This document shows positions 48,155-59,100 of a stretch of 64,000 nucleotides of DNA, in pieces; within the stretch, counting starts at the first letter, position 1, and the number at the start of each line of letters is the position of its first letter. A model generated the notes under the pieces. That model did not search any database and was not told where the DNA came from. It was given only the letters and a program-made list of their open reading frames with translations. The position numbers and the translations under genes are program-made. This stretch comes from a virus: positions 36,178 through 100,177 of IMG/VR virus record IMGVR_UViG_3300037261_000082. One strand, 5' to 3'.

Positions 48155-49371
48155 TTCTAACTTACAAATATCGTCTGCTTCCTTCTAAGCGTCAGCATCG
48201 CGCGCTAGAAGAGATTCTAGAGGCGCAACGTATTTTATATAATTCTGCTTTAGAAGGTAGGATTTGGTACTATAAAAATACTCGGCAACTTCTTAGTCTT
48301 TTTGATCAGACAAAAGAGTTGACTATCTGCCGTCGAGAAATGCCAGAAATGGCGGCTATTCCTACAACAATTCAGCGTTGGACGCTGAAGCATCTTGACT
48401 GGGCTTATCGAGGATTTTTTCGTAGAATTCGCAAAGCGCACAAAACTCCTGGCTTTCCGCGTTTCAAAAGTTATTACCGGTGGCGGTCTTTTGGTTTTAA
48501 CCAGACTGTTGGCAGTTTTCGTTTTGGAGACAACAACCATATTGGTTTTAAAGGCTTTCCAGGTTGGATTCGTATCCATTATCATAGACCTCTGCCTAAA
48601 AAGGCAGATGTTAAGTCTTGTAGCTTTACAAAGGATACTAAAGGTTGGTATATTACTTTTCAGATTAAGTTAATTGAAAAGACTAAATGTACGATTTCGT
48701 CTGCTGTTGGGATTGATCTTGGCTTAAAAGTTTTTGCTTATCAGTCTGATGGAGTAATTATTCCAAATCCAAGAGTAGCACGTAAGGCTGAAAAAGAAAT
48801 GAGGAGGAGACAACGTGCTTTAGCGCGTTGTAAGAAAGGTTCTAAACGGCGAATAAAAGTGCGGGTTAGTTGTACAAGATTGAGTGCTTCAGTCACTAAT
48901 GCTAGAAATACTTGGTTACATCAGCAGTCGGCTCGTATTGTTAGATCTTACGATCTAATTGCGGTTGAAGATTTGAATGTAAAAAATATGCTTCAAAATT
49001 CTACATTTGCACGTTCAATTTCGGATGCTTCTTGGTCGGGGTTTCTAACCTTTCTCGCTTACAAGGCTGAAAGAGCTGGTAAGTACTTAGTTAGGGTGGA
49101 TCCTAAAAATACAACTAAAAAATGTTCTGGTTGCGGAGAGTTGGTTCCCAAGGCTATACTGGAGAGGACCCATTCTTGTCCTGAGTGTGGTCTAACTTTA
49201 GATAGGGACCATAATGCAGCTAGGAACATCTTAGCGGTCGTTGCGGATCGCGGAGAGCATAACGTGGCCCAGTGGGGCGAGCGTGCTCTCGGAAACCTCA
49301 GTTTGGCCTCTAGCCAAAGTTCGAGACGTAACCTTAGTCTTGCCGTTACTAAAACTAGCAACAAACATTAA
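48151..49371 (+). mobile_element. tnpB: TnpB RNA-guided nuclease (IS200/IS605 family, no TnpA)
   Basis: YKYRL.P HTH, GIDLG, AVEDL, CSGC..CPEC zinc finger, DRD.NAA.NI; RuvC D-E-D intact. Confidence 0.92.
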
Positions 49372-49491
49372 TGCGTGTGTTTAATTTAGGAGTTTGTTTT
49401 GAGGAATTCTCATGTTGATAAGCGCAGCAATCGCTACGCTGCAAGACAGTTCGTCAGTGATATTGAGTATGAACCAGTGGAGAGCTTAGCG

Positions 49492-49749
49492 ATGGGTATC
49501 GAAACGAATGGCAACAGCGTGACAGAGCGTTCTCAGGGAACAGTGAAGTTCTTTAATGGTGAAAAAGGCTTTGGATTTGTACGTCGAGAGAATAATGCCC
49601 CGGACGTGTTTATTCATGCGAATGAATTGAAGCGGTCTGGCATTGAAGGTGGCGTAAAAACAGGTGACCGCCTTGAGTTTGATGTTACCGCCGTAGATGG
49701 GAAAGGTCCAAAAGCAAGTTCCATCAAGTTGATTGCAGCGGCTAAGTGA
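49492..49749 (+). CDS. Cold-shock domain protein
   Basis: GTVKFFN..KGFGF, DVFIH, KGPKA. Confidence 0.92.
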   Translation: MGIETNGNSVTERSQGTVKFFNGEKGFGFVRRENNAPDVFIHANELKRSGIEGGVKTGDRLEFDVTAVDGKGPKASSIKLIAAAK

Positions 49750-49909
49750 ACGTCCTTCTTCATGACTGGCGTGGACCGCGCATGGTCGCCCTTAAATGGT
49801 TGTCACTAAGTTGGGACTGGGGATGTTGGCACTATCACATTGATCGCTGGGGCTGTGTCATAATGCTTTGGGTCTGGGAAAAGGACGAGCACCCCCTTGA
49901 AGATGTATA

Positions 49910-51634
49910 ATGAGTGTTGCTGCCCCCGCCATTTCAAAGACCATCCCCGCTGAGCGCCTTACAGCATTCAGGGATAAGCTTGCGCGCTATGCCGTAGTGG
50001 AGGCTAAGGAGCGTTGCGAGGACTCTCTTATTGAGTTTCTGCAAGCTGCATGGCCTTACATAGATGCTTCTGCCTATCAGCCTTCATGGGCAATAGAAGC
50101 CATGTGCGACCACCTTGAGGCCGTGACATTAGGGCAGATCCCACGTCTACTAATCAACGTTCCACCCCGTTGTGCTAAGACTTCTTTGTGCTCCATTATT
50201 TACCCAGCATGGACTTGGGCTAGATCAGAAATATCCTTTCTGAGTGGCCGTCAAGTGCGGTTTCTGTGTGCTAGTTATGGCCATGCACTTTCCTTAGACA
50301 GTTCTAATAAGTCGCGGCGGCTATTGCAAAGCCCTTGGTACCAAAAACACTGGCCTGGTCAGATTACATTTCAGCCCGATCAAAATACCAAGATGCAATT
50401 TGACAATACAGCCGGTGGTTCACGCATAGCAACTTCTGTTGGGGGAAGTTTGCTCGGAATTGGCGGCGATATTTTGATAGCCGACGATTTGAATAATACT
50501 GAACAGGTGGAGTCTGAAGCTGAGCGGATGACAGTGGCTAATTTCTGGAATGAGTTCCACTCCACGCGCCTTAATGATCCAAAGCGGTCGGCTATTATTG
50601 CTATTCAACAGCGTTTGCATGAGCAGGATGTATCAGGACTAATTCTAGATAGTGATGAGGATTGGACGCATTTAATGATCCCCATGCGTCATGATGAGGC
50701 TCGTCATTGTGTTACCGTTAAGCTTCCTCAATATGACGACAACGAACCTTGGTCTGATCCACGTATTGATGAAGGTGAGTTGATGTGGCCTGAACGGTTT
50801 GGTGAGACTCAGGTGCGGTCTCTCGAAACTGCCCTTGGCCCATATATGGCAGCCGGTCGTCTTCAACAAAGCCCTACGCCGAAAGGTGGTGGTATTATTA
50901 AGCGTGAATGGTGGCAGCCTTGGGATCAACAGGAGGCCCAGCGTTATGGGTTAGAGTGGACCGGGGAGCGTAAGGAGTTTCCACAGTTTGAATTGGTAGT
51001 AGGATCACTCGATACTTCTTATGGCGAGAAGCAGGAGAATGACTACAATGCCTTGACGGTGTGGGGCGTCTGGATTGATCGTAATAAAAATAGACGTGCT
51101 ATGTTGATGTTTGCCTGGGCTAAGCGGTTGCCCCTACACGGCAAGGTAATATCTGCGTTGCCTAATGAAGCCAAGGTCAATTTTGAGCAGCGCCAGCGAG
51201 AACAGTTTGGGTTAATTCAATGGGTTGCGGATACGGCAAAAAGGTATAAGATTCGACGGTTGCTGATTGAGAATAAGACGCGAGGGCGTGATGTGGCTAA
51301 TGAGATCAACCGTCTTTATGCAAGAGAAAATTGGGGTGTAGAATTATTGGATCCGGTTGGGGATAAGGTGTCACGTACTCATTCAGTTGTGCCCTTGTTT
51401 ACCGATAACGTGATTTGGGCACCGGATACAAAATGGGCAGATGCTGTAATTGCAAATAGTCAAAGTTTTCCGAAGGCTGCGCATGACGATTTGCACGATA
51501 CCGTAACTCAGTTTCTCAATTGGTCCCGGGAGAACGGAATTTTGTTGAGGGGTGATGAGATGAGTGCTGCACTAGAAGACGAACAAGCGTATAAGCCGCC
51601 TCAAGATTCAGTAGCACGAATGTATGGGGTCTAG
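49910..51634 (+). CDS. Terminase large subunit
   Basis: INVPPRCAKT, G.GGD..IADD, QRLHE.D, QQ.P.P..G, DT, IE.K, FP...HDD..D. Confidence 0.93.
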   Translation: MSVAAPAISKTIPAERLTAFRDKLARYAVVEAKERCEDSLIEFLQAAWPYIDASAYQPSWAIEAMCDHLEAVTLGQIPRLLINVPPRCAKTSLCSIIYPAWTWARSEISFLSGRQVRFLCASYGHALSLDSSNKSRRLLQSPWYQKHWPGQITFQPDQNTKMQFDNTAGGSRIATSVGGSLLGIGGDILIADDLNNTEQVESEAERMTVANFWNEFHSTRLNDPKRSAIIAIQQRLHEQDVSGLILDSDEDWTHLMIPMRHDEARHCVTVKLPQYDDNEPWSDPRIDEGELMWPERFGETQVRSLETALGPYMAAGRLQQSPTPKGGGIIKREWWQPWDQQEAQRYGLEWTGERKEFPQFELVVGSLDTSYGEKQENDYNALTVWGVWIDRNKNRRAMLMFAWAKRLPLHGKVISALPNEAKVNFEQRQREQFGLIQWVADTAKRYKIRRLLIENKTRGRDVANEINRLYARENWGVELLDPVGDKVSRTHSVVPLFTDNVIWAPDTKWADAVIANSQSFPKAAHDDLHDTVTQFLNWSRENGILLRGDEMSAALEDEQAYKPPQDSVARMYGV

Positions 51635-51637
51635 GTT

Positions 51638-51838
51638 ATGAAGAAGCTTCCCTGGCGTGTGCGGGTTAGGTTAGTTGTAGAAGGTTGGGTAGATATAGAA
51701 GCCTCTACTGCAAGTATTGCAGAAGTAGAAGCGGCTAAGCTGCCTAATGTTATTTCTGTATTTAGGGCATCAGCTACTTTAGCAAATAAGGTGGCAGGAG
51801 CAGAAGCACCAGCCGGTGTGCAAGAAGATTTATTTTAG
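51638..51838 (+). CDS. Hypothetical protein
   Basis: 66-aa ORF following terL. Confidence 0.55.
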   Translation: MKKLPWRVRVRLVVEGWVDIEASTASIAEVEAAKLPNVISVFRASATLANKVAGAEAPAGVQEDLF

Positions 51839-54800
51839 TTAGTGTTGAGTAGATCGATAATCCCAAGACCATGATGCGCGATATGGAAAACAACGGCGTG
51901 TAGTAGCCCCTTGGTTCCGCTGAATTTCATTCATCGCATTGATCTGAGTGAGCGTCACAATCGGCCTTTGATGTTGAAAGTTATAGGTTAGCGCGTTCAG
52001 TTGTCGAGATAGTGGCTCTTTGGGCGCTTACATGGCCCGAGATATTCCCAGCCGCGCCGTGCAAGTTCTTGTGGCGTAATCGGCTGTGCCTCTCCGATGC
52101 AATGCCACACATTTCCAAGCCACTCTGCTATTCCAGGCTTGCTTGATCGCTCAGAATGAAGCCAATGGTAGGCATCCATATTGAGCATGTCGGCGGGTGG
52201 CCAGGTTCCTGGCATCGTGTGCATTGCGGTTTTGCGCAGCGACATTTGGTGGCCTCTACTGTTCCAAAGCTTCACGCGCGATCTTGCGCATTTTCCACGT
52301 CTGAGGCTCATCAACAATCGCGGTGAGGACCGCTCGCAACCGCTGACATTCAACTATGGCGTCAGCGAGCGTCATTCGGCCATATCTGATCTGTGCTTCT
52401 GCGGCTTCCATTGCCCGTCCTCAGTTGTTCGGTTTGAATAAGCGGAATCCTGTGACAACTAATTGCCGCAACAAAAGTCGCAGCACGATTGATCGGGTTT
52501 GCAGTAGGCGCGGTTCGGTTTTTCCTCAGTCGGGCCACCCGCGTCGTTGTTCTCGATCAGGTCCGCTATGGCCTCAGCCTCAGTCGCCCCGGTGCCGGTC
52601 ACGCCTTCCTCCATCCCGTCATAGTACGCCAGCCAATCAAAGCGGCGGATCGGGATCGGCGGATAGACATACTCGGTGACGATTTTCACGGCGGGCCTAT
52701 TTCTCCAACGCGGCGATTGCCGCATCTGCATAAATAAAACACAGGTCGCAAGCCGCAACCGGATTGTGTGGGTAGGCGCGGCGCTGCTCAGGCGTGTTCA
52801 TTGGCCACGGCTTCCCTTGGCAGTCGGGCCGCTTTGCCCAAATCGCTCGGGCGACCATTTCTCGCGGCGTGAACTTTGATTCCGTGCTCTCGTCGCCTGT
52901 TGCACTTGTAGTGTGCGAGGACAACATTTCCCTCTCCCATATGGCCTCCGTCGCGGCGACGCTTAACGTGCTCAAAGGTTGCAAAGTCTCGCGTTGGCAT
53001 TCCGTTCGGACGGTGCTTGAGCTTCATTGGCTTCTGGCACCAGTGGCAAAGACTGCGTTGCTGGTCGAAAAGGCGCTGTCGCCAAGCATTCTTTCGTGCA
53101 GCAGTCGGAGACATTCCGTGCCTATTCTGACTTTGGAGGGGTGAGGAATTTTTCTAGGATGTAAGCCTCGATGGTTACGGAGGCGGCGGGAGAATATCCC
53201 CTGGCCTTGATCTCGATAGATTGGGTGCTGGACGGGTTTTGCAAAGCGGCCCGAACCACAGTTTTCAGCTTTTCATATTCTTCCTGCTCATAGCTCATGT
53301 TTGCGGGCCTAATCCTTCAACGCGGCTTCAACGTCCGCGAGCTTCTGTTCGACATGCGAAATCCAAGCATCGATGGCCTCAAGAACGGTTGGCTTCGGCT
53401 CGCAACTCCAGACCGTGCAGGCGCAAACTGGCTTGTCGGTTTTGGCCAGTCCGTCACAGACGATTGACGCAAGCCAATGGTCGCGCAGGACGCGGCGCAA
53501 TGGGGTAAGGGCGGCTTTGTGCTTTTCCCATGCGGCGTCGATCATCTCGTTTTCATCGGGGGTTAAGGGGCGTTCCATTTCGGGCCTTTACTGACTGGCT
53601 AGAGGGTTGAAGATCGGCGGGTAGCTGCCGAGCGGCATTCCGGCGGCGGTAAGGCCAATGATTTCCCCATCGCGGTAGACGACTGACGGTTCCAGTTCCG
53701 ACACCCACAAGCCGAGCAATGTACGTAATGTACATTCATCGCGCCGCATCTTGGCCTCGACAGCTTGCTCGATGATGCGTTTCACGGCGGCCTCTATTGA
53801 CAAGTTTGGGGTTGGTTTTTGAGATAGCCTCTTACGTTCTCGGCGCGAGATCGGTAATCGTTAGCCTGCTCCATCAATTTTGCGGCTTGGACCTCAAGGC
53901 GCTTTGCGGCATCCTCTAGGTATTGAGCGCGAAACTGCCAATCCTCTCGTTCTGTCATGGCTGCGGCCTACTCTGACAATTCGCGCATGGCTATCATGGC
54001 GGCGCGGGCTAGGGTGCGAGCGTATCGCTGCGCACTTTCATCTTCCTCGGCCAGTCCGCAAACCGGCAAGGTGCTGCCCGTGTAGCGAGCGCGGTTGATC
54101 GCATTGGCAACCTTGTCCACGGCAGCATCGGTGATGGTCTGCATTGGCGGCCTCTATATCCAGATTGTTCAACGCATTTCGTCGTAGTCGAGAAAGTAGC
54201 TTTCGCCGCACACATCGCAGCGGTAGCGTTCGCCCTCAAAGCCGCCGCCGACTTCCTTGAGGTTTGGACACTGCGACCAGTGACCCAAGCCCTGCGGATG
54301 GTTCGGTATCGGCGTAAACACCGGCTCGCACCCCGCACTCTTTTTCGCTGGATCGCCTTTGATCGCCATCGGGGGGGGGGTAATCCTTCAATCGTGTCCG
54401 TGTTGTTTTTGGTACTCGGCAACTTGCCGAAGAATAGCGAACGCGCCATCCGATATGGATGTGCCGGGCCAAGACAAGAGTGCTGCCACCATCGCAAGAC
54501 GGAAGCTTTCTGGCCCGTATAGGTCGGGGGCGATGCCGGGCTTACGCTTTTTCATCGGGGCTCCTTTGACAATCTGTTAGGCGTAGATAACGAGAGCGAC
54601 TAGACCGACAAAAACAGCGGAGCAAAGTGCGGCGGTAAATGATCCTAGCGCCCATCCGTTCACGCGGAACGTCCAGTGACTTGTCGAGTAGTCCGCGATG
54701 CTGCTGATGGCCGCCGTCGCCACGCCTACCATTAAACTGCCGACGACCCAAACTATCCAGAGTTTTACAGGCAACGGCATGGCGGGCCTTATTTGACAAA

Positions 54801-55159
54801 ATCGGTTAGGGACTTTTCCACTTCGGGCCGCGACATGATTGTGGGCTTCCCGTAGAGGATCGCTTCCGCATCAATAATTACGTCCCACATCGCGCTCATA
54901 CTTCCTACCGTAGCTGCTTTGCGTCGGGCGCGGTTGATGTGATCGACTAATTCTTGATCGGTCATGGCTTGATAATCTGTTAAGCGACTCGATGGGGTAC
55001 AGGTTTGGGCGGCGCGGCAGGTCCCGGCGGAATGCCGGTCACGTCAGCGACGGCAAGATTGATGGCCGCATGAATTTCGTATTCAAGCTGATCGCGCAGC
55101 AAACCCTTGGCATATCGGTCGGCCACTTTCTTCGCCTCGGCTTGCGCGTGGAATGCCAT
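51839..55159 (-). other. Leftward array of 16 short genes with AGGCC(C)GC junctions
   Basis: ORFs: 54980-55159, 54789-54965, 54577-54780, 54388-54555, 54169-54369, 53968-54144, 53794-53958, 53588-53785, 53309-53578, 53122-53298, 52788-53114, 52697-~52887, 52459-52689, 52256-52411, 51997-52245, 51839-51958. Confidence 0.8.
52788..53114 (-). CDS. Small HNH endonuclease (array member)
   Basis: CHWC..ATFEH...R.DGG....N.VLAH..CN. Confidence 0.75.
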   Translation of the reverse strand: MSPTAARKNAWRQRLFDQQRSLCHWCQKPMKLKHRPNGMPTRDFATFEHVKRRRDGGHMGEGNVVLAHYKCNRRREHGIKVHAARNGRPSDLGKAARLPREAVANEHA

Positions 55160-55234
55160 TGCTGCGGCCTCCACTAACTATCTAGACATACTGTGTTCCG
55201 AATTACGGAATAGCTTAAGCAACGTAGGTTACGC

Positions 55235-55263
55235 TTGATTTGTTAACCTGTAAAGCCTATTAT
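55235..55263 (+). promoter_or_regulatory. Sigma70 promoter giving a probably leaderless transcript
   Basis: TTGATT-N17-TATTAT, then 6 nt, then ATG at 55270; no SD sequence. Confidence 0.65.
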
Positions 55264-55269
55264 CGTTAA

Positions 55270-55836
55270 ATGGCTGTTGAAGACACCAGATCATACCTAA
55301 ATCCATTGAAACCTAGTTGGAGTGAAGTCTCTCAACGAGAGAAGCTTACTGGAGAAATATACTGTGCAGATCAGCGCGAAGCATTATTGCGATCTTTACG
55401 AAAAGGCAGTGTTGTTGAGGTAGTAGAAACTTTCTTATTGGCTAAAACAGTTGGACGTGTTGATGTTAGAAAACGTGACTTGCTGGCAATTGTTGATCAA
55501 ATTGAAAACCGAAAAGGAGTTATTCGAGAACTTGCTACAGGACATCAATCTAATATACCCAAGCAATGGCGTCAAATGCAGGCGCGGGCGTTTGCTCTTA
55601 TTTCTAGTTCTGCACGAGGAAAGAACTCCGCAGTTAATGGTAAACAATCTAAAGGCAGGCCCCATAAAACATATCATGAAGACCAACTTTCTGTTATGGA
55701 AAAAGTTTGGTTTAGTCGGCGGTACAAGACAATTGCGGAACGTATGTCTTATCTAGGCGGAATTGGGATTAAGGTAAAACGTGGGTGGATGTATAGTCGT
55801 TTTGGAACCGTTGAAAATCCCCGAGTAAAACTTTAG
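55270..55836 (+). CDS. Serine-resolvase-fold protein with substituted catalytic residues
   Basis: LLRSLRKGSVVEV, RDLLAIVDQIE.RKGVI, GRP hinge and HTH-like tail; YARVS replaced by YLNPL and LDRL by TFLL. Confidence 0.65.
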   Translation: MAVEDTRSYLNPLKPSWSEVSQREKLTGEIYCADQREALLRSLRKGSVVEVVETFLLAKTVGRVDVRKRDLLAIVDQIENRKGVIRELATGHQSNIPKQWRQMQARAFALISSSARGKNSAVNGKQSKGRPHKTYHEDQLSVMEKVWFSRRYKTIAERMSYLGGIGIKVKRGWMYSRFGTVENPRVKL

Positions 55837-55845
55837 GAGTTTGCC

Positions 55846-56184
55846 TTGCGCGCCATAGTCTGCGGAAGCCGCAACTACAAGAATTGGGAACTGCTTTATC
55901 GCGTTCTCGATGGCCTTGGAATTACCCACGTCATCGAAGGCGGCGCGCGTGGGGCGGATAGATTGGCGAGGGAGTGGGCACAGTCTCGGCTCATTCCTAT
56001 GACGACATTTGATGCGAATTGGGACACTCACGGGAAAGTCGCAGGACAGATTCGCAATCAGCAAATGCTCGATGAAGGAAAGCCTGAATTAGTGGTGGCC
56101 TTCCCCTTGGAGAAAAGCAGCGGAACATGGGATATGGTTCGCAAGGCCAGAGCCGCTGGCGTCAAAGTTGAACTGGTTGAATAA
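55846..56184 (+). CDS. YspA/SLOG-family (DUF2493-like) protein
   Basis: VCGSRNY, IEGGARGAD.LA..WA, AG.IRN..ML, AFP, GT.DM. Confidence 0.88.
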   Translation: MRAIVCGSRNYKNWELLYRVLDGLGITHVIEGGARGADRLAREWAQSRLIPMTTFDANWDTHGKVAGQIRNQQMLDEGKPELVVAFPLEKSSGTWDMVRKARAAGVKVELVE

Positions 56185-59100
56185 TTAGGAGCGCACCGTG
56201 CATACTTGGAACCCACCCGTAGAAATGACAACAACCGCGCCGCAGGGCGTGACAGAATTAAAAACCATCATGCGCGACGATAATAAAATGGTAGGCGTAA
56301 CAAAACTTGGCCGTACCATTCGTTCTGCCCTGTCCGAACTACGCGAAATCCACACCGATCTACCTTTTGCGATATTGACCGTAATTTTATCTGATGAACT
56401 GAATAAATAGGAGATTTTAGATGGCATGGAAATGTAAGGAATGCGGGAAGCATAGCGGCGGGCCGTACTGCGATGAATGTGGAGCGCCACCGTCCTGCAA
56501 ATCAGGCAAGAGATAAAGGAGTTTGCATGACGATAGACAGCACGATGGTTCCGGCGGGTGGCACTCGCAAGGGCGATAAGGTTTACGACGCGCGAGGCCG
56601 ACTGATTGAAATCTATGAGGGCGAGTGGCGCGTCGTGGTTGATGGTGGCCGGTCAGGCTGGTGGCGTTTCAACGAACACTACGACCGCGACGGCTACTGC
56701 GACAATCCCGCCCGTGGGTACTGAATATAGAGGAGATTTTCGTGTCTGCATTGGATGCGCGCCAACAGGCTTTCCGAGAAATGGATCGGGGGGTGTTCAA
56801 CATCCTCAAACTGGCGCTCGCCTATGACATGACCGATGATCTGTTTATCCAAGTCGCACACGACATTAGAACCACGCTGCCGCCGAACGCCCGCAAGGAG
56901 ATGCTGGCCTACACAAAAGAGATTGAGATTTTTGTGAGTGGCCGCCAATGGCAGAGGGGATGGTGGTTTTGCAAAAAGACAACTTGGAAGCACATCAATG
57001 CCGAGATCACCTTCAATCCGTACAAGGCAAGTTTGAGTTGCTGGACTGATCCAAAAGAACCGGGCGGAATTGTCTGCTTTCAATAGTCACAAGAGGAGAA
57101 TTGGCGTGCTTATCGACGATCCCAACAGTGCGAGCGGCAAGCGCGTCATCGCGGACAACCCAGGCTGCATGGCACCAGACGGCGGCGAATGCTGTCCTCA
57201 ATATCTAGCCCTCTCGCAAGAAAACGAGAGGATGCGTGAAATTCTAATTTGGCTTGATCGAGTTGGCGGACTTGGACTGGAAACTCATGGGCGCATTCGC
57301 AAGGCGCTCGGTTTCAAATCCGCTGCTGACGATTGAATATAGAGGAGCAAACGAATGTCTGACCTTGAGGACGGTCTAGTCGCCGCAAAAAAGGCTTTGA
57401 TTGATTGTGGTTTCTGTGGTGCTGGTGAACATGGCGCAGGCGATCCTGAGATTAACTCCATCGATAGGGTTATTGGTGCGCTGCGTTCTGGTCGTCGCAC
57501 AGCAACACTTGAAATGATGGGTTTCCCAGATGCGGCATCTTTTGCAAAAGACCCAACTCAATGAGTGTGCCAATGGCCGTCAAGGTAGTCTGGGTGCTTA
57601 CGTCGATTTGGTCGGTTCACAATGCTCCTGAGCATCACTATCTACAGTTCGCTTCTCACGACGAATGTAGAGACGCTGCAATTCAAGCAATCGAAGTGGG
57701 CGGCGCAAAGTTTGCGTTCTGCACTGAGGGATACGCGACGCCACTTCAATATCTGCCGTATGAACGCTGAATAAATAGGAGATTGTCGTGTCACCTGGCG
57801 AGAAGCGGCGGCGTAAAGCAAAGCGAGAGCGCGAGCAAGCAGCCTATGCCGCCGCAGTATCAGCGTTGCCGACCGGCTCTTGCTGTTGCAACTGCGCTCA
57901 TCGCGGTACGATGCCACTTTCGCGCAAACCGATCTGCACGCTCGACAGCGATTTTGCCGGCTACACAGTGGTTGAGTTGATGCACGTCTGTCCGCGATGG
58001 ACTACTAAATAAACAGGAGCGACCGTGGCTGAGTATCGTTGGATTGGAGACTTCGGCGGATACGGTTGGGCTATCTGCCCCACATGCAGCGGTCGTGGTC
58101 ACTGGATTGGAGTAGCCACAACAACGGCTGCTGATTGTCGTACCTGTCACGGCAACGGAAAGGTGTCATGGGGGCGCTGGCCGAACTACAATCCAACGTC
58201 AGAGCATGATGAGGGAACGAGAATGGTCCCTCCGCCATTGGCGATAACAAAATAGGAGTTTTTCGTGTGCGACTGCAAAATCTATTGCCAAGATACAGGC
58301 AACGGAGATTGCCGCTATATGGTCAAGTGTTCGAAGGGAACGCCGAAGTCTGACTTTGAGCATGTGCCGATGAAGGCCGCGATCGATGATACAGTCTACT
58401 GCATCCGCTGTGGACGGGAACTAGGTCTAGCGAATTAGGAGCAACCAGCATGGCCGTCGATTTTTGGACCGATGTTGACCTCTACGAGCCGACTTGCGTC
58501 TTGCGCCGGTTCGGCATTGGAGATGTTCTTGAGCAGCAATGGCGCAAAGCAAAGATAGGACGGCTCGGCCACGTCGAGGGATTTTATTATGAATGGCGTC
58601 CGGTGCCGCACGTTTACGGTGAACCAAAGTCAGAATAGGAGATTGAAAAATGATCTATGTGCACCCCACCAAACCGCGCGGATTAATCGCCCGTTATGCG
58701 ATGGCACCGCTGGTGTTTTTGCAAGTCCTCTACCTGCATCCGAAGAATGGCATTGGCTATGCCGCTCGTTGGGCGCGGCAGAGCACCATCGTTCCCAATG
58801 GCGTGTTCCCAAATTAGGAGCCGACCATGAGTATGGCAGAATATGAAATCCCGCGCCGCGTCTGCCTTGATCGAATGACGGAAGCCGAGTTGGCAATTCG
58901 CCAAGCCGTGATTGAAGTCGAGAAGGTTGGTGCAGACGTTCGACTAACTGACGCCGTGATATTGCTATCGGCTGCACAGACGCGCGTAGCTGACTACGTT
59001 GATCGTGTCCCCGGCCTACGCACTGTCCCGCAACAGCTTCAAGAGAATTAGGAGCGCAGACATGAGCCGCAGCGATACCGCGATAGTGGCCTACGCTATT

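Noticed and set aside
55270-55836. Active integrase implying a prophage or transposon
   Set aside because: The catalytic Ser/Arg motifs are absent, there is no large recombinase domain or transposase, and no host genes occur in the window.
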